From assembly GCA_965208155.1 (NCBI GenBank), contig OZ242322.1:9774-73773 (forward strand): a stretch of 64,000 nt of DNA. The letters are read 5' to 3'. This DNA comes from Thermodesulfobacteriota bacterium (GTDB lineage: Bacteria > Desulfobacterota_D > UBA1144 > Nemesobacterales > Nemesobacteraceae). The translations under genes and the position numbers were made by a program. Below the pieces are notes generated by a model. It saw nothing but the letters and a program-made list of their open reading frames with translations. It had not been told where the DNA came from and ran no database searches. Of the stretch, positions 9,113 through 18,829 are shown piece after piece. Within the stretch, counting starts at the first letter, position 1. Each line of letters begins with the position of its first letter.

Positions 9113-11814
9113 AACTTCGTTCGCTCGCAGTAAACCAGTTCAAAAAATTCACAACCCCCAAGAGACTGGAAGGCATTGAAGACGGGCTGAATATCATCGT
9201 CGGTCCGAACGAAATGGGAAAATCCACGCTGCTCGACGCCCTGCGCGCAGTCCTTTTCGAAAAACACGATTCAAAGGCGAAAACCATCAGGAATATGCAG
9301 AACGAACGCAACCAGGCAGCGCCGGTTGTGGAACTTGGGTTTGAGCTTGAAAGCGGTACTTACACCATCTCCAAGCGGTTTATGAAAAAAAACTACGCCC
9401 GCCTTCGCTGTCCCGACGGCACGGTGTTTGAGGGAGACGCGGCTGAGGGCAGATTGAGAGAACTGCTGAATTTTTCTGAACCCGGGACAAAAGGCGGGAG
9501 CCCCGAAACACTGGGCATGTGGAACGTCTTGTGGGTAAAACAGGGGCAGTCTTTCGGGGCCATTGACATTCCCAAGAGCGCAAGCGCGAATCTTCACGGC
9601 GCCCTTGAATCAGAGGTCGGAACGGTGCTCGGGGGACGGCGCGGCCGGGAGCTTCCGCAGATGATAGAGAGACAGCTCGGTGAACTGGTCACCAGGACGG
9701 GCAGAAGCACCGGCAAATATAAAATCGCGGAAGGACGGGTAAGCGATATCGCTGAGAAGCTTGAAAAACTGAAAGAGAAAAAAAAGGGTCTCTCCGACAC
9801 CCTCAAGGAGCTTGAGGATGATCAGGGAAAACTGCAACGTCTGTCGGATGTCGCACGCGATGAAGCGGACAGGGCGGAACTTGACACCGCTCGGAAACGA
9901 AGAAACGAAGTTGCTGAACTTGAAAACCGGGTGAAGGCGGCGGAAAGCGAACTGGAGGTACTGAAACTCAGACTTCAGCAGACAATGCAGAGAGAGCAGG
10001 AACGCCATAACCTTAAAAATGATATAGACAGGGAGAAAAACACGCTTGGGGATCTCAGGGAAAAACGCGAAGAAATTCTCGAACGGGAAAAGCAGGCCCG
10101 GGAAAATCTTGAAAAGCTGAAAACAGAAAAAGACAAGGCTGAAACGGCTGCAAAAGATGCCGATGACGCTCTTTCGATGAGAAGTCGTATACTCGGCGCC
10201 GTAGAGATTAAAACCCGCATAAGCGAACTCAGAATCAAACTCGATAAAGCCCTTGACGCGGAAAAACGCCAAATGGAAGCTCAAAAGCGCGTCGCTTCGA
10301 TTTCCGTGACAGAAGAGATGATCAGGCGTATAGAGTCCGCGGAAAAAGAGATGGAAAAAGCGGCAAATCGCCTGAACGCGACTTCAACCCTCATAACTTT
10401 TGAGATTCAGAACCCGTCAGGCATTGAGGTTGACGGCTCACCACTTACTTCCGGCGAGGATTCCCTGCAGGCCGTCTCGCCGACCACAATCACGATTCCT
10501 GAAAGAGGAAAGATATTAATCGAACCCGCGGCAGAGAACCGGGACGAGTTGCTGGGCCGTATAGAGGAAGCGGAAAGCCGTTTAAGGAACATTCTCGACG
10601 AAGCCGGCATTTCGACCGTCAAGGACGCACAAGCTCTTTACGACAGCAGGAAAAAAGCTCTTTCGGAGGAAGAATTTGCCCGCAAGGAGTCTGAGCTTTA
10701 CGCCCCGCGCACAGACGAATACGAAGCGGGGGCCCAGTCTCTTGCCAGTTACATGAAAAGCCTTGAACGGAGCCTTGAAAATCAAGCGGACAGTCTCCCG
10801 GCGCAGAATCTGCCTGAACTCCAGGAAGCGGAGACCGCGCTTCGCAATGCCGCGGATAAATCCGATGCCGCACGACACGCTCTTGAAAAGGCGCGCACGG
10901 CGCTTGACGCTCCAGAGAAGGTTCTGCGGAGTTTCGCAAAAGAACTGGCATCTGCCGAAGCCATATACGAAGAAAGCGAGAAGCGTCTTAAAAATCTTCT
11001 TGACCGCTTGGGGAAAGCTGAAAGCGAATGTGCTGAGAACAAGCTGCTTGAGGAAACCGAAGCGGCACAATCCACCGTCGCGGCGCAGGAGGCCTCGGTC
11101 GCAAAAATGCGTGCGGAACTGAGTGAGGACGATACGCTTGAGCAGGCAGAAGCACGGGTAGAGCGTCTTCAGAAAGCCGCGGATGACAGACGCAAAAAAC
11201 AGCAGAACCTTGAAATCAATATCGGGCGCCTCAAGGAGCGGGTTCATGTCCTTGAAGGGGCGGGAATTGACGAAGACATAGAACGGGAAAACCGGCAACT
11301 GGAAATCTGTGAGAGGGAATTCGGACGCCTCGAGCGCGAGGTGCAAGTTCTCAGCCTTCTGCTCGACACCCTCCGTAACGCGGAGCGGGAAGCCAAGGAA
11401 CTCTATCTCTCACCCGTAACGGACCGCATGCGACCCTATCTGCAGCGTCTGTTTCCCGGTTCCGACATCACGATTGACGAAGATCTGCGCATAACGGGAG
11501 TAATACGGGAAGCGGGATACGAAGAACCTTTTCCTCTTCTTAGCATGGGAACCCAAGAGCAGATCGCTGTTCTGGTACGCCTCGCATTCGCCGAGATGCT
11601 TGTCGAACAGGGACGGCCTGCGACAGTCGTGCTTGATGACGCTCTTGTCTTTTCAGACGATACTAGAATGGAACGCATGTTTGACATCCTGACCGTCGCG
11701 TCCCGCAGGGTGCAGATACTGATTCTTACCTGCAGGGAGCAGCTTTTTGAGAACGTGGGAGGACATACTTTATCTCTTCGGTCCGGAGACCCCGAAGAAC
11801 TCATATCCGCATAG
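9109..11814 (+). CDS. SbcC/Rad50-like AAA ATPase with long coiled coil (YhaN-like)
   Basis: Walker A GPNEMGKST. The central region is extremely E/K/R/L-rich and predicted coiled coil. C-terminal signature LSMGTQEQ and Walker B VVLDDAL. Confidence 0.75.
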   Translation: MKLRSLAVNQFKKFTTPKRLEGIEDGLNIIVGPNEMGKSTLLDALRAVLFEKHDSKAKTIRNMQNERNQAAPVVELGFELESGTYTISKRFMKKNYARLRCPDGTVFEGDAAEGRLRELLNFSEPGTKGGSPETLGMWNVLWVKQGQSFGAIDIPKSASANLHGALESEVGTVLGGRRGRELPQMIERQLGELVTRTGRSTGKYKIAEGRVSDIAEKLEKLKEKKKGLSDTLKELEDDQGKLQRLSDVARDEADRAELDTARKRRNEVAELENRVKAAESELEVLKLRLQQTMQREQERHNLKNDIDREKNTLGDLREKREEILEREKQARENLEKLKTEKDKAETAAKDADDALSMRSRILGAVEIKTRISELRIKLDKALDAEKRQMEAQKRVASISVTEEMIRRIESAEKEMEKAANRLNATSTLITFEIQNPSGIEVDGSPLTSGEDSLQAVSPTTITIPERGKILIEPAAENRDELLGRIEEAESRLRNILDEAGISTVKDAQALYDSRKKALSEEEFARKESELYAPRTDEYEAGAQSLASYMKSLERSLENQADSLPAQNLPELQEAETALRNAADKSDAARHALEKARTALDAPEKVLRSFAKELASAEAIYEESEKRLKNLLDRLGKAESECAENKLLEETEAAQSTVAAQEASVAKMRAELSEDDTLEQAEARVERLQKAADDRRKKQQNLEINIGRLKERVHVLEGAGIDEDIERENRQLEICEREFGRLEREVQVLSLLLDTLRNAEREAKELYLSPVTDRMRPYLQRLFPGSDITIDEDLRITGVIREAGYEEPFPLLSMGTQEQIAVLVRLAFAEMLVEQGRPATVVLDDALVFSDDTRMERMFDILTVASRRVQILILTCREQLFENVGGHTLSLRSGDPEELISA

Positions 11815-11860
11815 GCGACGCATGGAATTACGGGCAGTGAAAATAAATGGTTCCCGTCAT

Positions 11861-12853
11861 TCAAGAAGGTCTCGGACCCGGAGCCATGAACTCGGGACCT
11901 ATCGGGTCTGGAACAAAAGTACTGAGTACCGCATCTATTTCACTCATAGAGTCATCGTCTATGGTCCACCCGACGGCGCCCGCAAGGTCATCGAGCTGCC
12001 CGGGGCGCCTCGCCCCCCAGAGAGTGATGTCGTTTTCGCATTTGTCGAGAACCCACCTTACGGAAAGTTCAAGCACATTCCTCCCGAAACGCTCGGAGGC
12101 AAGTTCCCCCAGTTTTTCAACAGCGCCAAGATAATTATCATAGACGGGCTTTCGAAACTTGGGATCAAAATTCCTTATGTCGTCTCCCCGAAACTCCGAG
12201 TCACTCTTCAGTTTCCCGCCCAGAAGTCCCCGGCACAGGGCCCCGTAGAGAAGCATTGTAACCCCTTGCTCTTCGCACCAGGGAAGCACGTCGTCCTCAA
12301 TCCCTCTCTCGAAAAGATTGTAAGGAGGCTGACTTGAGTTAAGCGGGCACACGGAACGAAAAACCTCCATCTGCTCAACAGAATAGTTGCTTACCCCAAC
12401 TGCCCTTATCTTTCCGCTGCGGAGAAGCTCCGCCATGGCCTCCGCGGTTTCCTCGACGGGCGCAAGCGGGTCCGGCCAGTGAATCTGGTAAAGATCTATC
12501 CGATAGGTGCGCAGTCTTCTGAGAGAATCGTCAACTTCCTTGCGTATCCTCTCCGGCAGGGAATTTCTGAATATTCCTCCCCTCTCCCACTCAAGCCCTA
12601 CTTTAGTCGCGATCACAAGTTCATCCCTCATACCGCTCTCGGAAACCGCTTCCCCCACGATTTCTTCTGAAAGACCGAAACCGTAGATAGGAGCTGTGTC
12701 AATCAGATTCACCTCGTTATCAAACGCCTTGTATATCGTTCTCACGCATTCTTTCCTGTCGCTTCCTCCCCACAGCCACCCTCCCATCGCCCAGGTCCCG
12801 AGACCTATTCTCGACGAATTTATTTCCGTACCGGCAATTTTTACAAACTCCAT
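11861..12853 (-). CDS. Aldo/keto reductase
   Basis: Motifs GLGTWAMGG, NLIDTAPIYG and IRAVGVSNY. Typical AKR length (330 aa). Confidence 0.85.
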   Translation of the reverse strand: MEFVKIAGTEINSSRIGLGTWAMGGWLWGGSDRKECVRTIYKAFDNEVNLIDTAPIYGFGLSEEIVGEAVSESGMRDELVIATKVGLEWERGGIFRNSLPERIRKEVDDSLRRLRTYRIDLYQIHWPDPLAPVEETAEAMAELLRSGKIRAVGVSNYSVEQMEVFRSVCPLNSSQPPYNLFERGIEDDVLPWCEEQGVTMLLYGALCRGLLGGKLKSDSEFRGDDIRNFDPKFRKPVYDNYLGAVEKLGELASERFGRNVLELSVRWVLDKCENDITLWGARRPGQLDDLAGAVGWTIDDDSMSEIDAVLSTFVPDPIGPEFMAPGPRPS

Positions 12854-15087
12854 TATTTCCGCCTCCTGTTCTTAATGGCTTCAGAAGGCAAATCTTTCGT
12901 CTCCCGTGTTGCTTCAACAAGCGAGAACAGAAGTTCTCTTGCCTCTGCGGTTGAGCGGACTCTGTATTTGGCCTTTGACGGCCCGAAACCCACCTTTATG
13001 GAATAGGCATCTTCGGGAAGCTGCTCAAAGATATCCTCATCCGTCCAATCGTCTCCTATTGATATGATAAGGTCCCATTTTTTTGCTTTTAGCCACTGAG
13101 TAGCCGCCTTGCCTTTATTTATAAAAGAGCCTTTAATCTCAACGACCTTGTTTCCCTCAAGCACGCCGACCTCAAGATTCGCGGTTATGTGAGACAGCAT
13201 ATCCTTAAGCTCCCCCACTCTCACTATTGACAGTGCCGGGTCAACTTTCCTGTAGTGCCAGGCCAGCGAAAAATTTTTCTCCTCGATAAGCGACCCCGGA
13301 GTCCTGTCGACAAACACTTCCAGTATGGGCCTTATTTCTTCCTTCCATCCCTCCGGAGCAATATCGGACATTTTCCACTTTTCGCGCATTATCCAAAGAC
13401 CGTGTTCGGCTGCAAGACCGTTCGTCACATCCCCGAGCCACTTGGCAAGAGTATTTTTGTCCCTGCCGCTTATAACGACAAGCTCGTTCTTCTCCCTCGA
13501 AGAAAGCTCACTAAGCGCGGAATAGATTTTCGGGTCAGGTTTCGCATCCTGCGGATTATTCTTGAAGGATACAAGGGACCCGTCATAATCAAGCAGAAAA
13601 AGACACTTTTTGCTCTCTCTGTATTTTTCAATCAGTTCGGCTGTCATCTCCAGACTGAATCTTCGGGCAAACATCTTAAGCTGCCTTTCCTTTGTTTCAT
13701 CAAGCCTCTCCATGAAGTCTGCCGTCCATGTCCTGATATCGTATCTGCTGAGACGATTCTGCATCGCCTTCATCCGTCTTTTCTGCTCCGTCTTGGTCAT
13801 GGCAAGAGCAGTTTCGAGCGCCCGTGAAGTAGATTCGAGATCATTGGGGTTTATGATTATGGCTTCGCTCAGTTCCTGTGCGGTTCCTGCCATCTCACCA
13901 AGTATGAGCACACCTGCCTTGTTCTGTCTCGCGGCCACATACTCCTTGGCAATCAGATTCATGCCGTCACGAAGGGGAGTAATGAAAAGGATGTCCGCGG
14001 CCAGGTAAAGAGAAATCAGATCCTCGAAACCGAAAGATCTATACATGTAGTGAATGGGGTTCCAGCCGATCGTTCCGTAGCGACCGTTTATCGCGCCGAC
14101 CAGATTATCAACTTCGTTTTTCAGTATCTTGTAGTGAACCACCTCGGTTCTCGAAGGCACCGCGACAAGCAAGAGAACCACCTTGCCCCTCATCTTGGGG
14201 TTTTTCTCGAGGAAAAGATCAAATGCCCTGAGTCTCTCCGGAATTCCCTTTGAGTAATCAAGACGGTCTATGGAGAGAATGATTTTCTGATCAGTTCCCA
14301 GAAGATCTATGAACTCGTCTTTTCTTTTCTGAACGGTTCGTTTCTTTGGAGCGGAGGAGAATTTTTTGTAATCGATTCCCATAGGAAAAGTATCGGTTCT
14401 TACCTCTCTTTCTCCGATTATAAACCTTCCGAGAGAATGTTCGTGTCCAAGTATCCTTCTTACGCTTTCAGCAAAATGCCTTACGTAGTCAAAAGTGTGA
14501 AAACCTATAAGATCAGCGCCGGTAAGTCCCTGTATTATTTCCCGGCACCACGGAATAAGTCTGAAAATTTCTGAAGACGGAAAAGGTATATGGAGAAAGA
14601 AACCGATGCTCGATTTGGGAAGCTGTTTTTTCACAAGCTCGGGGACGAGCATGAGATGGTAATCATGAACCCAGATGTAATCCCCTTCACTGGCCACGTC
14701 CAGTATGGCGCTGGCAAACTTGCTGTTTACCTTTATGTATGATTCCCAGAACTCTTTTTTATAGGTTCCGTACTGGACGAAATAATGGAAAATAGGCCAT
14801 ATTACCTCGTTACAGAACCCTTGGTAATAGTCCTTTACCTCTTCTGCGCTCAGACCCACGGGATAGAAGTTCTGCTCTGCGAGCCGCCGCTCCACTTCCG
14901 CAATCTGCCCCTCTGACAGACTCCCGTAATCTATTCCCGGCCATCCTATCCAGCATTTTTCGCGATCGGTATCCAGAGAGCTTAGTCCAGTAGCCACACC
15001 TCCAACGCTCGGCTCAAAAGAAAGCTTTCCGCTCTCCTCCCGCACAGTCGTCGGCAATCTGTTGGATACTATGATGAGTTTTTTCAT
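12853..15087 (-). CDS. otsA: Bifunctional trehalose-6-phosphate synthase / trehalose-phosphatase (OtsA-OtsB fusion)
   Basis: N-terminal GT20 motifs (IIVSNRLP, GGVATGL, IWVHDYHL, HIPFPSSEIF) and a C-terminal HAD phosphatase (LFLLDYDGSL, VVISGR, IGDDWTDEDIF). Confidence 0.85.
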   Translation of the reverse strand: MKKLIIVSNRLPTTVREESGKLSFEPSVGGVATGLSSLDTDREKCWIGWPGIDYGSLSEGQIAEVERRLAEQNFYPVGLSAEEVKDYYQGFCNEVIWPIFHYFVQYGTYKKEFWESYIKVNSKFASAILDVASEGDYIWVHDYHLMLVPELVKKQLPKSSIGFFLHIPFPSSEIFRLIPWCREIIQGLTGADLIGFHTFDYVRHFAESVRRILGHEHSLGRFIIGEREVRTDTFPMGIDYKKFSSAPKKRTVQKRKDEFIDLLGTDQKIILSIDRLDYSKGIPERLRAFDLFLEKNPKMRGKVVLLLVAVPSRTEVVHYKILKNEVDNLVGAINGRYGTIGWNPIHYMYRSFGFEDLISLYLAADILFITPLRDGMNLIAKEYVAARQNKAGVLILGEMAGTAQELSEAIIINPNDLESTSRALETALAMTKTEQKRRMKAMQNRLSRYDIRTWTADFMERLDETKERQLKMFARRFSLEMTAELIEKYRESKKCLFLLDYDGSLVSFKNNPQDAKPDPKIYSALSELSSREKNELVVISGRDKNTLAKWLGDVTNGLAAEHGLWIMREKWKMSDIAPEGWKEEIRPILEVFVDRTPGSLIEEKNFSLAWHYRKVDPALSIVRVGELKDMLSHITANLEVGVLEGNKVVEIKGSFINKGKAATQWLKAKKWDLIISIGDDWTDEDIFEQLPEDAYSIKVGFGPSKAKYRVRSTAEARELLFSLVEATRETKDLPSEAIKNRRRK

Positions 15088-15169
15088 GAAAACTTATTAT
15101 AATAGATGGGACAATTGCAGGAATAATAACCAAAAGAAAACTTAAGGCTAGAAAGAGAAGGTTGCTTTT

Positions 15170-15709
15170 ATGAAGATGTTCCTTACCATCCTTATTATAG
15201 CCCTGCTTGCCTACACCCTTTGGAACGGGCTCTCGGGGAAAAAAGATGTCGGGATTCCCTCACAGCTTGTGGGGAAACCTGCGCCCGAGTTCGCACTGGA
15301 ATCGTTTAGCGGAGAGAAGGTAAGGCTTTCTGATTTTCGGGGGAAGACACTGCTTGTGAACTTCTGGGCATCCTGGTGCCATCCCTGCAGAGAGGAGGCC
15401 CCGGCGCTTGAGAGAGTCTACCTGTCCCTTCCGGGCAATCAGGTTGAGTTCATAGGAATAAACATAATGGACGACAGAAAAAGCGCTGAAGAATACATAA
15501 AATCGTTCGGAGGGACTTTCGTCAACATTTACGACCCTGAAAACAGGGTTCATCTTGACTACGGAGTAGCAGGAGTTCCCGAGACCTTTTTCGTAAACCC
15601 CGAAGGGGTCATAACAGGCAAACACAGAGGTCCCCTCACCGAGGAAATGATCACAAGCTATATTGAAAAAGCAATTTCATACGGGGACAAAGGAGAAAAA
15701 AACCCATGA
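15170..15709 (+). CDS. ccmG: Thiol:disulfide oxidoreductase CcmG/DsbE (TlpA/ResA family)
   Basis: N-terminal TM anchor, thioredoxin motif WASWCHPC, and GVPETFF. Overlaps ccmH by 4 nt. Confidence 0.8.
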   Translation: MKMFLTILIIALLAYTLWNGLSGKKDVGIPSQLVGKPAPEFALESFSGEKVRLSDFRGKTLLVNFWASWCHPCREEAPALERVYLSLPGNQVEFIGINIMDDRKSAEEYIKSFGGTFVNIYDPENRVHLDYGVAGVPETFFVNPEGVITGKHRGPLTEEMITSYIEKAISYGDKGEKNP

Positions 15710-16104
15710 ACTGTCTTTTCCGCAAAACCCTGAGCACGGGACTTTTACTGTCCCTGGCACTTCTAATCGCCTTCGGAGTGAATGCAGACACGCTTGAAGA
15801 CCAGATCGCCGAAATCTCGGGAGAGCTCATGTGTCCGGTATGCGAAGGGCAGAGCGTCGCGGAGTCAAACGCACAGCTTGCCCGGGATATGAGGGCCGTC
15901 ATAAAAACCAAACTGCTTGAAGGGCGCTCAAAGGAAGAGATAATAGACTATTTCATCTCAAGCTACGGAGAAACAATCCTCGCGTCCCCTCCGCCCAAGG
16001 GATTCAGCATCATATTATGGCTCCTGCCCGTACTTTCCGTACTTATCGGTGGGGCGATAATCCTGAGAACCGTTTACTCATACAGGGTTGAGGAGAAGAA
16101 ATAG
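15706..16104 (+). CDS. ccmH: Cytochrome c-type biogenesis protein CcmH
   Basis: Signal/TM segment, the LMCPVCEGQSVAESNA (CxxC) motif, and a C-terminal TM. Confidence 0.8.
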   Translation: MNCLFRKTLSTGLLLSLALLIAFGVNADTLEDQIAEISGELMCPVCEGQSVAESNAQLARDMRAVIKTKLLEGRSKEEIIDYFISSYGETILASPPPKGFSIILWLLPVLSVLIGGAIILRTVYSYRVEEKK

Positions 16105-16235
16105 CCAAAATCAGCATCAACAGCCTTTCGATACCTCTCTTGCTTTAACTCTAAACATCAGTAAAATAAGGCTTACAAGCTTTATAGCTACTCTAACATC
16201 AAATAATTGCTGTTTACAGGAGGTGTAGGGAAGTA

Positions 16236-16583
16236 ATGAGCAAAAAGAATTTTTATTCCATGACCGACTCGGCCATAGCTGAAGAGTTCGGGCGCAGACT
16301 GGAGCAGATTCGTCTTGAGGCTAACAAGCCACAAAAGGAAATGGCCTATGAACTCGGCATCTCCGAGGGGACTTATCGCAAGGCGATTACGGGAAAGGCC
16401 AGATTCGAGGTCATTATAGGCATCATGAGGATACTGGAGCAGCTCGAAAATCTGGAGAACCTGCTACCCGACCGGCCTTTCAGTCCAATTGAGATGCTGA
16501 AGCTTCAAGGAAAAAAGAGGCAGAGAGCGGCATCGAAAAGATCCGGCAATAGACGAACTCTCAAAGAGGATGCGAATTGGTAA
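16236..16583 (+). CDS. hipB: XRE-family HTH antitoxin (HipB-like)
   Basis: HTH segment QKEMAYELGISEGTYRKAITG. It sits directly upstream of hipA and overlaps it. Confidence 0.65.
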   Translation: MSKKNFYSMTDSAIAEEFGRRLEQIRLEANKPQKEMAYELGISEGTYRKAITGKARFEVIIGIMRILEQLENLENLLPDRPFSPIEMLKLQGKKRQRAASKRSGNRRTLKEDANW

Positions 16584-17878
16584 CTCACAACACAGCACGA
16601 GTGGAGATATGGGGGCGAACCGTAGGAGCTATTTCATACGATAAAGATACGGATCTGTGCGCTTTTCAATATGATCCTTCATGGGTCAGAACCGCAATAG
16701 AGTTAAGTCCCGTAAAATTGCCGTTATCCGACCGAATCTATCAATTCCCCGCTTTGTCCAGAGAAACATACAGAGGATTGCCGGGCACGTTTGCCGATTC
16801 ACTCCCAGATGATTTCGGCAATGCGCTGGTGGATGCGTGGCTCGCCCGAGCAGGTCGTCACAAGGATTCTTTTTCCGGGTTGGAACGCCTGCTCTATACA
16901 GGCAGAAGAGGCATGGGAGCGTTTGAGTATTTCCCGTCCATAGATACAGGGTTAGAGTCTCCTGAAATTGTTGAACTGGAAAGTCTTATCAACATGGCTC
17001 AGTCCGTACTTAAGCAGAGAGAAAAATTATCGGGGACGCTAACCAGCGACACAAGCAGAGAATCGCTTTACGCGCTCTTTCAAGTGGGCACTTCCGCTGG
17101 AGGAGCAAGGCCCAAAGCCGTCATAGGAGTCAATAAAACACGCACGGAAATCCGAAGCGGACAAGCGGACCTGCCCGAAGGATTTGAGCACTATCTCTTG
17201 AAATTTGACGGCGTCACTGAGAGCTCAAAAAGAGAACAGACGTTCGGCAAATCGCAAGGGTTCGGCCGGGCGGAGTATGCTTACTACCGGATGGCGAGAG
17301 ATGCCGGAATCAACATGTCTGATTCTGAACTGCTAACAGATGGTGCCAGAGCTCACTTCATGACCAAGCGATTCGACAGAATTGGAAACAAGAAAGTACA
17401 TTACCAGTCATTGTGCGCCATGGACCACGCAGATTACAAGATGCCCGGGCACTACAGTTACGAACAACTGTTTTCGTTGATGCGCTCAATGAGACTAAGC
17501 AGAACACAGGCGCTGGAATTGTACAGGAGAATGGTATTTAACATCGTAGCCCGCAATCACGATGATCATACAAAAAATTTCGGTTTTATCTTGAACGAAC
17601 AACACGCTTGGGAGCTGGCCCCGGCTTTTGATGTGGCCTACAGTTATAAACCGGGTTCAAAGTGGCTTAACTCACACCAGATGTCTCTTAACGGCAAACG
17701 AGACGATTTCACACGAAAAGATCTGCTTGCTCCCGCTGAGAAATTCAACAAAGAAGCAAACCGGATTATCGATGAAGTTACAGAAATCGTGTCCCAATGG
17801 CCCAAATACGCAAAAGAAGCGGAGGTTTCTCCCGATTTCACCAGAGAAATTCAGAGTACGCATGAATTAAACTTGTGA
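16577..17878 (+). CDS. hipA: HipA-family serine/threonine kinase toxin
   Basis: Motifs GTSAGGARPKAVI (P-loop-like), HYLLKFDG, and catalytic NHDDHTKNFGF. 433 aa. TTG start per the ORF track. Confidence 0.85.
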   Translation: MVTHNTARVEIWGRTVGAISYDKDTDLCAFQYDPSWVRTAIELSPVKLPLSDRIYQFPALSRETYRGLPGTFADSLPDDFGNALVDAWLARAGRHKDSFSGLERLLYTGRRGMGAFEYFPSIDTGLESPEIVELESLINMAQSVLKQREKLSGTLTSDTSRESLYALFQVGTSAGGARPKAVIGVNKTRTEIRSGQADLPEGFEHYLLKFDGVTESSKREQTFGKSQGFGRAEYAYYRMARDAGINMSDSELLTDGARAHFMTKRFDRIGNKKVHYQSLCAMDHADYKMPGHYSYEQLFSLMRSMRLSRTQALELYRRMVFNIVARNHDDHTKNFGFILNEQHAWELAPAFDVAYSYKPGSKWLNSHQMSLNGKRDDFTRKDLLAPAEKFNKEANRIIDEVTEIVSQWPKYAKEAEVSPDFTREIQSTHELNL

Positions 17879-17887
17879 AGAGAGAAA

Positions 17888-18820
17888 TCAGTTGAAAAAT
17901 CCAGAGCACGCGGCCAGCACGGAATCCCTTTCTTTCTCGGAATCAAACCATTTTATGTCCTCATCCGCGCGAAGCCATGTAGACTGTCTTTTGGAGAACC
18001 TCTTGGTGTCAGTCTTTATCTTCTCCACCGCCGTCTGAAGATCAGTCCGGCCGTCAAGAAAGTCGTTCACTCTCCTGTAACCTATGGACTGCATAGGTTT
18101 TAAATGCGACCCGTATCCCATTGCTCTTATGGCCTCCACTTCTTCAATCCATCCGCGGGCAATCATTGCGTCAACCCTCGCGTCTATCGTGCGGCGAAGC
18201 TCCTTCCTTTCCGCCAGAAGACCTATCTTAAGGGAGTCAAATTTCTGCTCCGAAAAACCGTGGCGCCGCTGATGATCAGACATGCGCTCACCCGTAACGT
18301 GACAGACTTCAAGCGCGCGTTCGACTCTCACGTAATCATTCGGACTTATTCTCCCGGCGGATACCGGATCTATTGACTGAAGTTTCCTGTGAAGCGCCGC
18401 GACCCCTTTTTCTTCTCTCTCCCTCGCGAGGCGCTTTCTGAACTCCCGATCAACTTCAACACCTTCAACGAGCCCGTAAAGAAGTGCTCTCACGTAGAGA
18501 AAGGTTCCCCCTGTCACAACTATTTTTCTGCCGTCCCGAAGAAGAGCCCCGATCTGCTCAAGGGCAACTCTCATGTACTTGCCGGCATTAAATTCCTCGT
18601 CGGGGTCGACAATATCTATCAGGAAATGAGGAATCGCGCGGCGCTGCTGCGGGGAGGGTTTGGCGCTGCCTATATCGAAATGCCTGTAGACCTGAATGGA
18701 ATCGGCGCTTACCACGCAGGCGCCGGTTGCTGTAGCTATTTCAAGCGCCATTTCCGTCTTTCCCGAGGCTGTAGGCCCTAAAACGACAATCAGTTTCGGT
18801 TTTTCCCGGGAAAGACTCAA
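17888..18820 (-). CDS. miaA: tRNA dimethylallyltransferase
   Basis: Motifs VVLGPTASGKTEMALEIA, VSADSIQVYRHFDIGSAKP and HFLIDI. Confidence 0.9.
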   Translation of the reverse strand: MSLSREKPKLIVVLGPTASGKTEMALEIATATGACVVSADSIQVYRHFDIGSAKPSPQQRRAIPHFLIDIVDPDEEFNAGKYMRVALEQIGALLRDGRKIVVTGGTFLYVRALLYGLVEGVEVDREFRKRLAREREEKGVAALHRKLQSIDPVSAGRISPNDYVRVERALEVCHVTGERMSDHQRRHGFSEQKFDSLKIGLLAERKELRRTIDARVDAMIARGWIEEVEAIRAMGYGSHLKPMQSIGYRRVNDFLDGRTDLQTAVEKIKTDTKRFSKRQSTWLRADEDIKWFDSEKERDSVLAACSGFFN

Positions 18821-18829
18821 CTCTGCGTG

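Noticed and set aside
7982-11814. The SbcD-like + SbcC-like pair, considered as a Lamassu/Wadjet-type SMC defence module
   Set aside because: The motifs and two-gene layout fit ordinary SbcCD/YhaON-type repair nucleases. There is no effector, kleisin-like or additional partner gene, and the flanks are metabolic genes.
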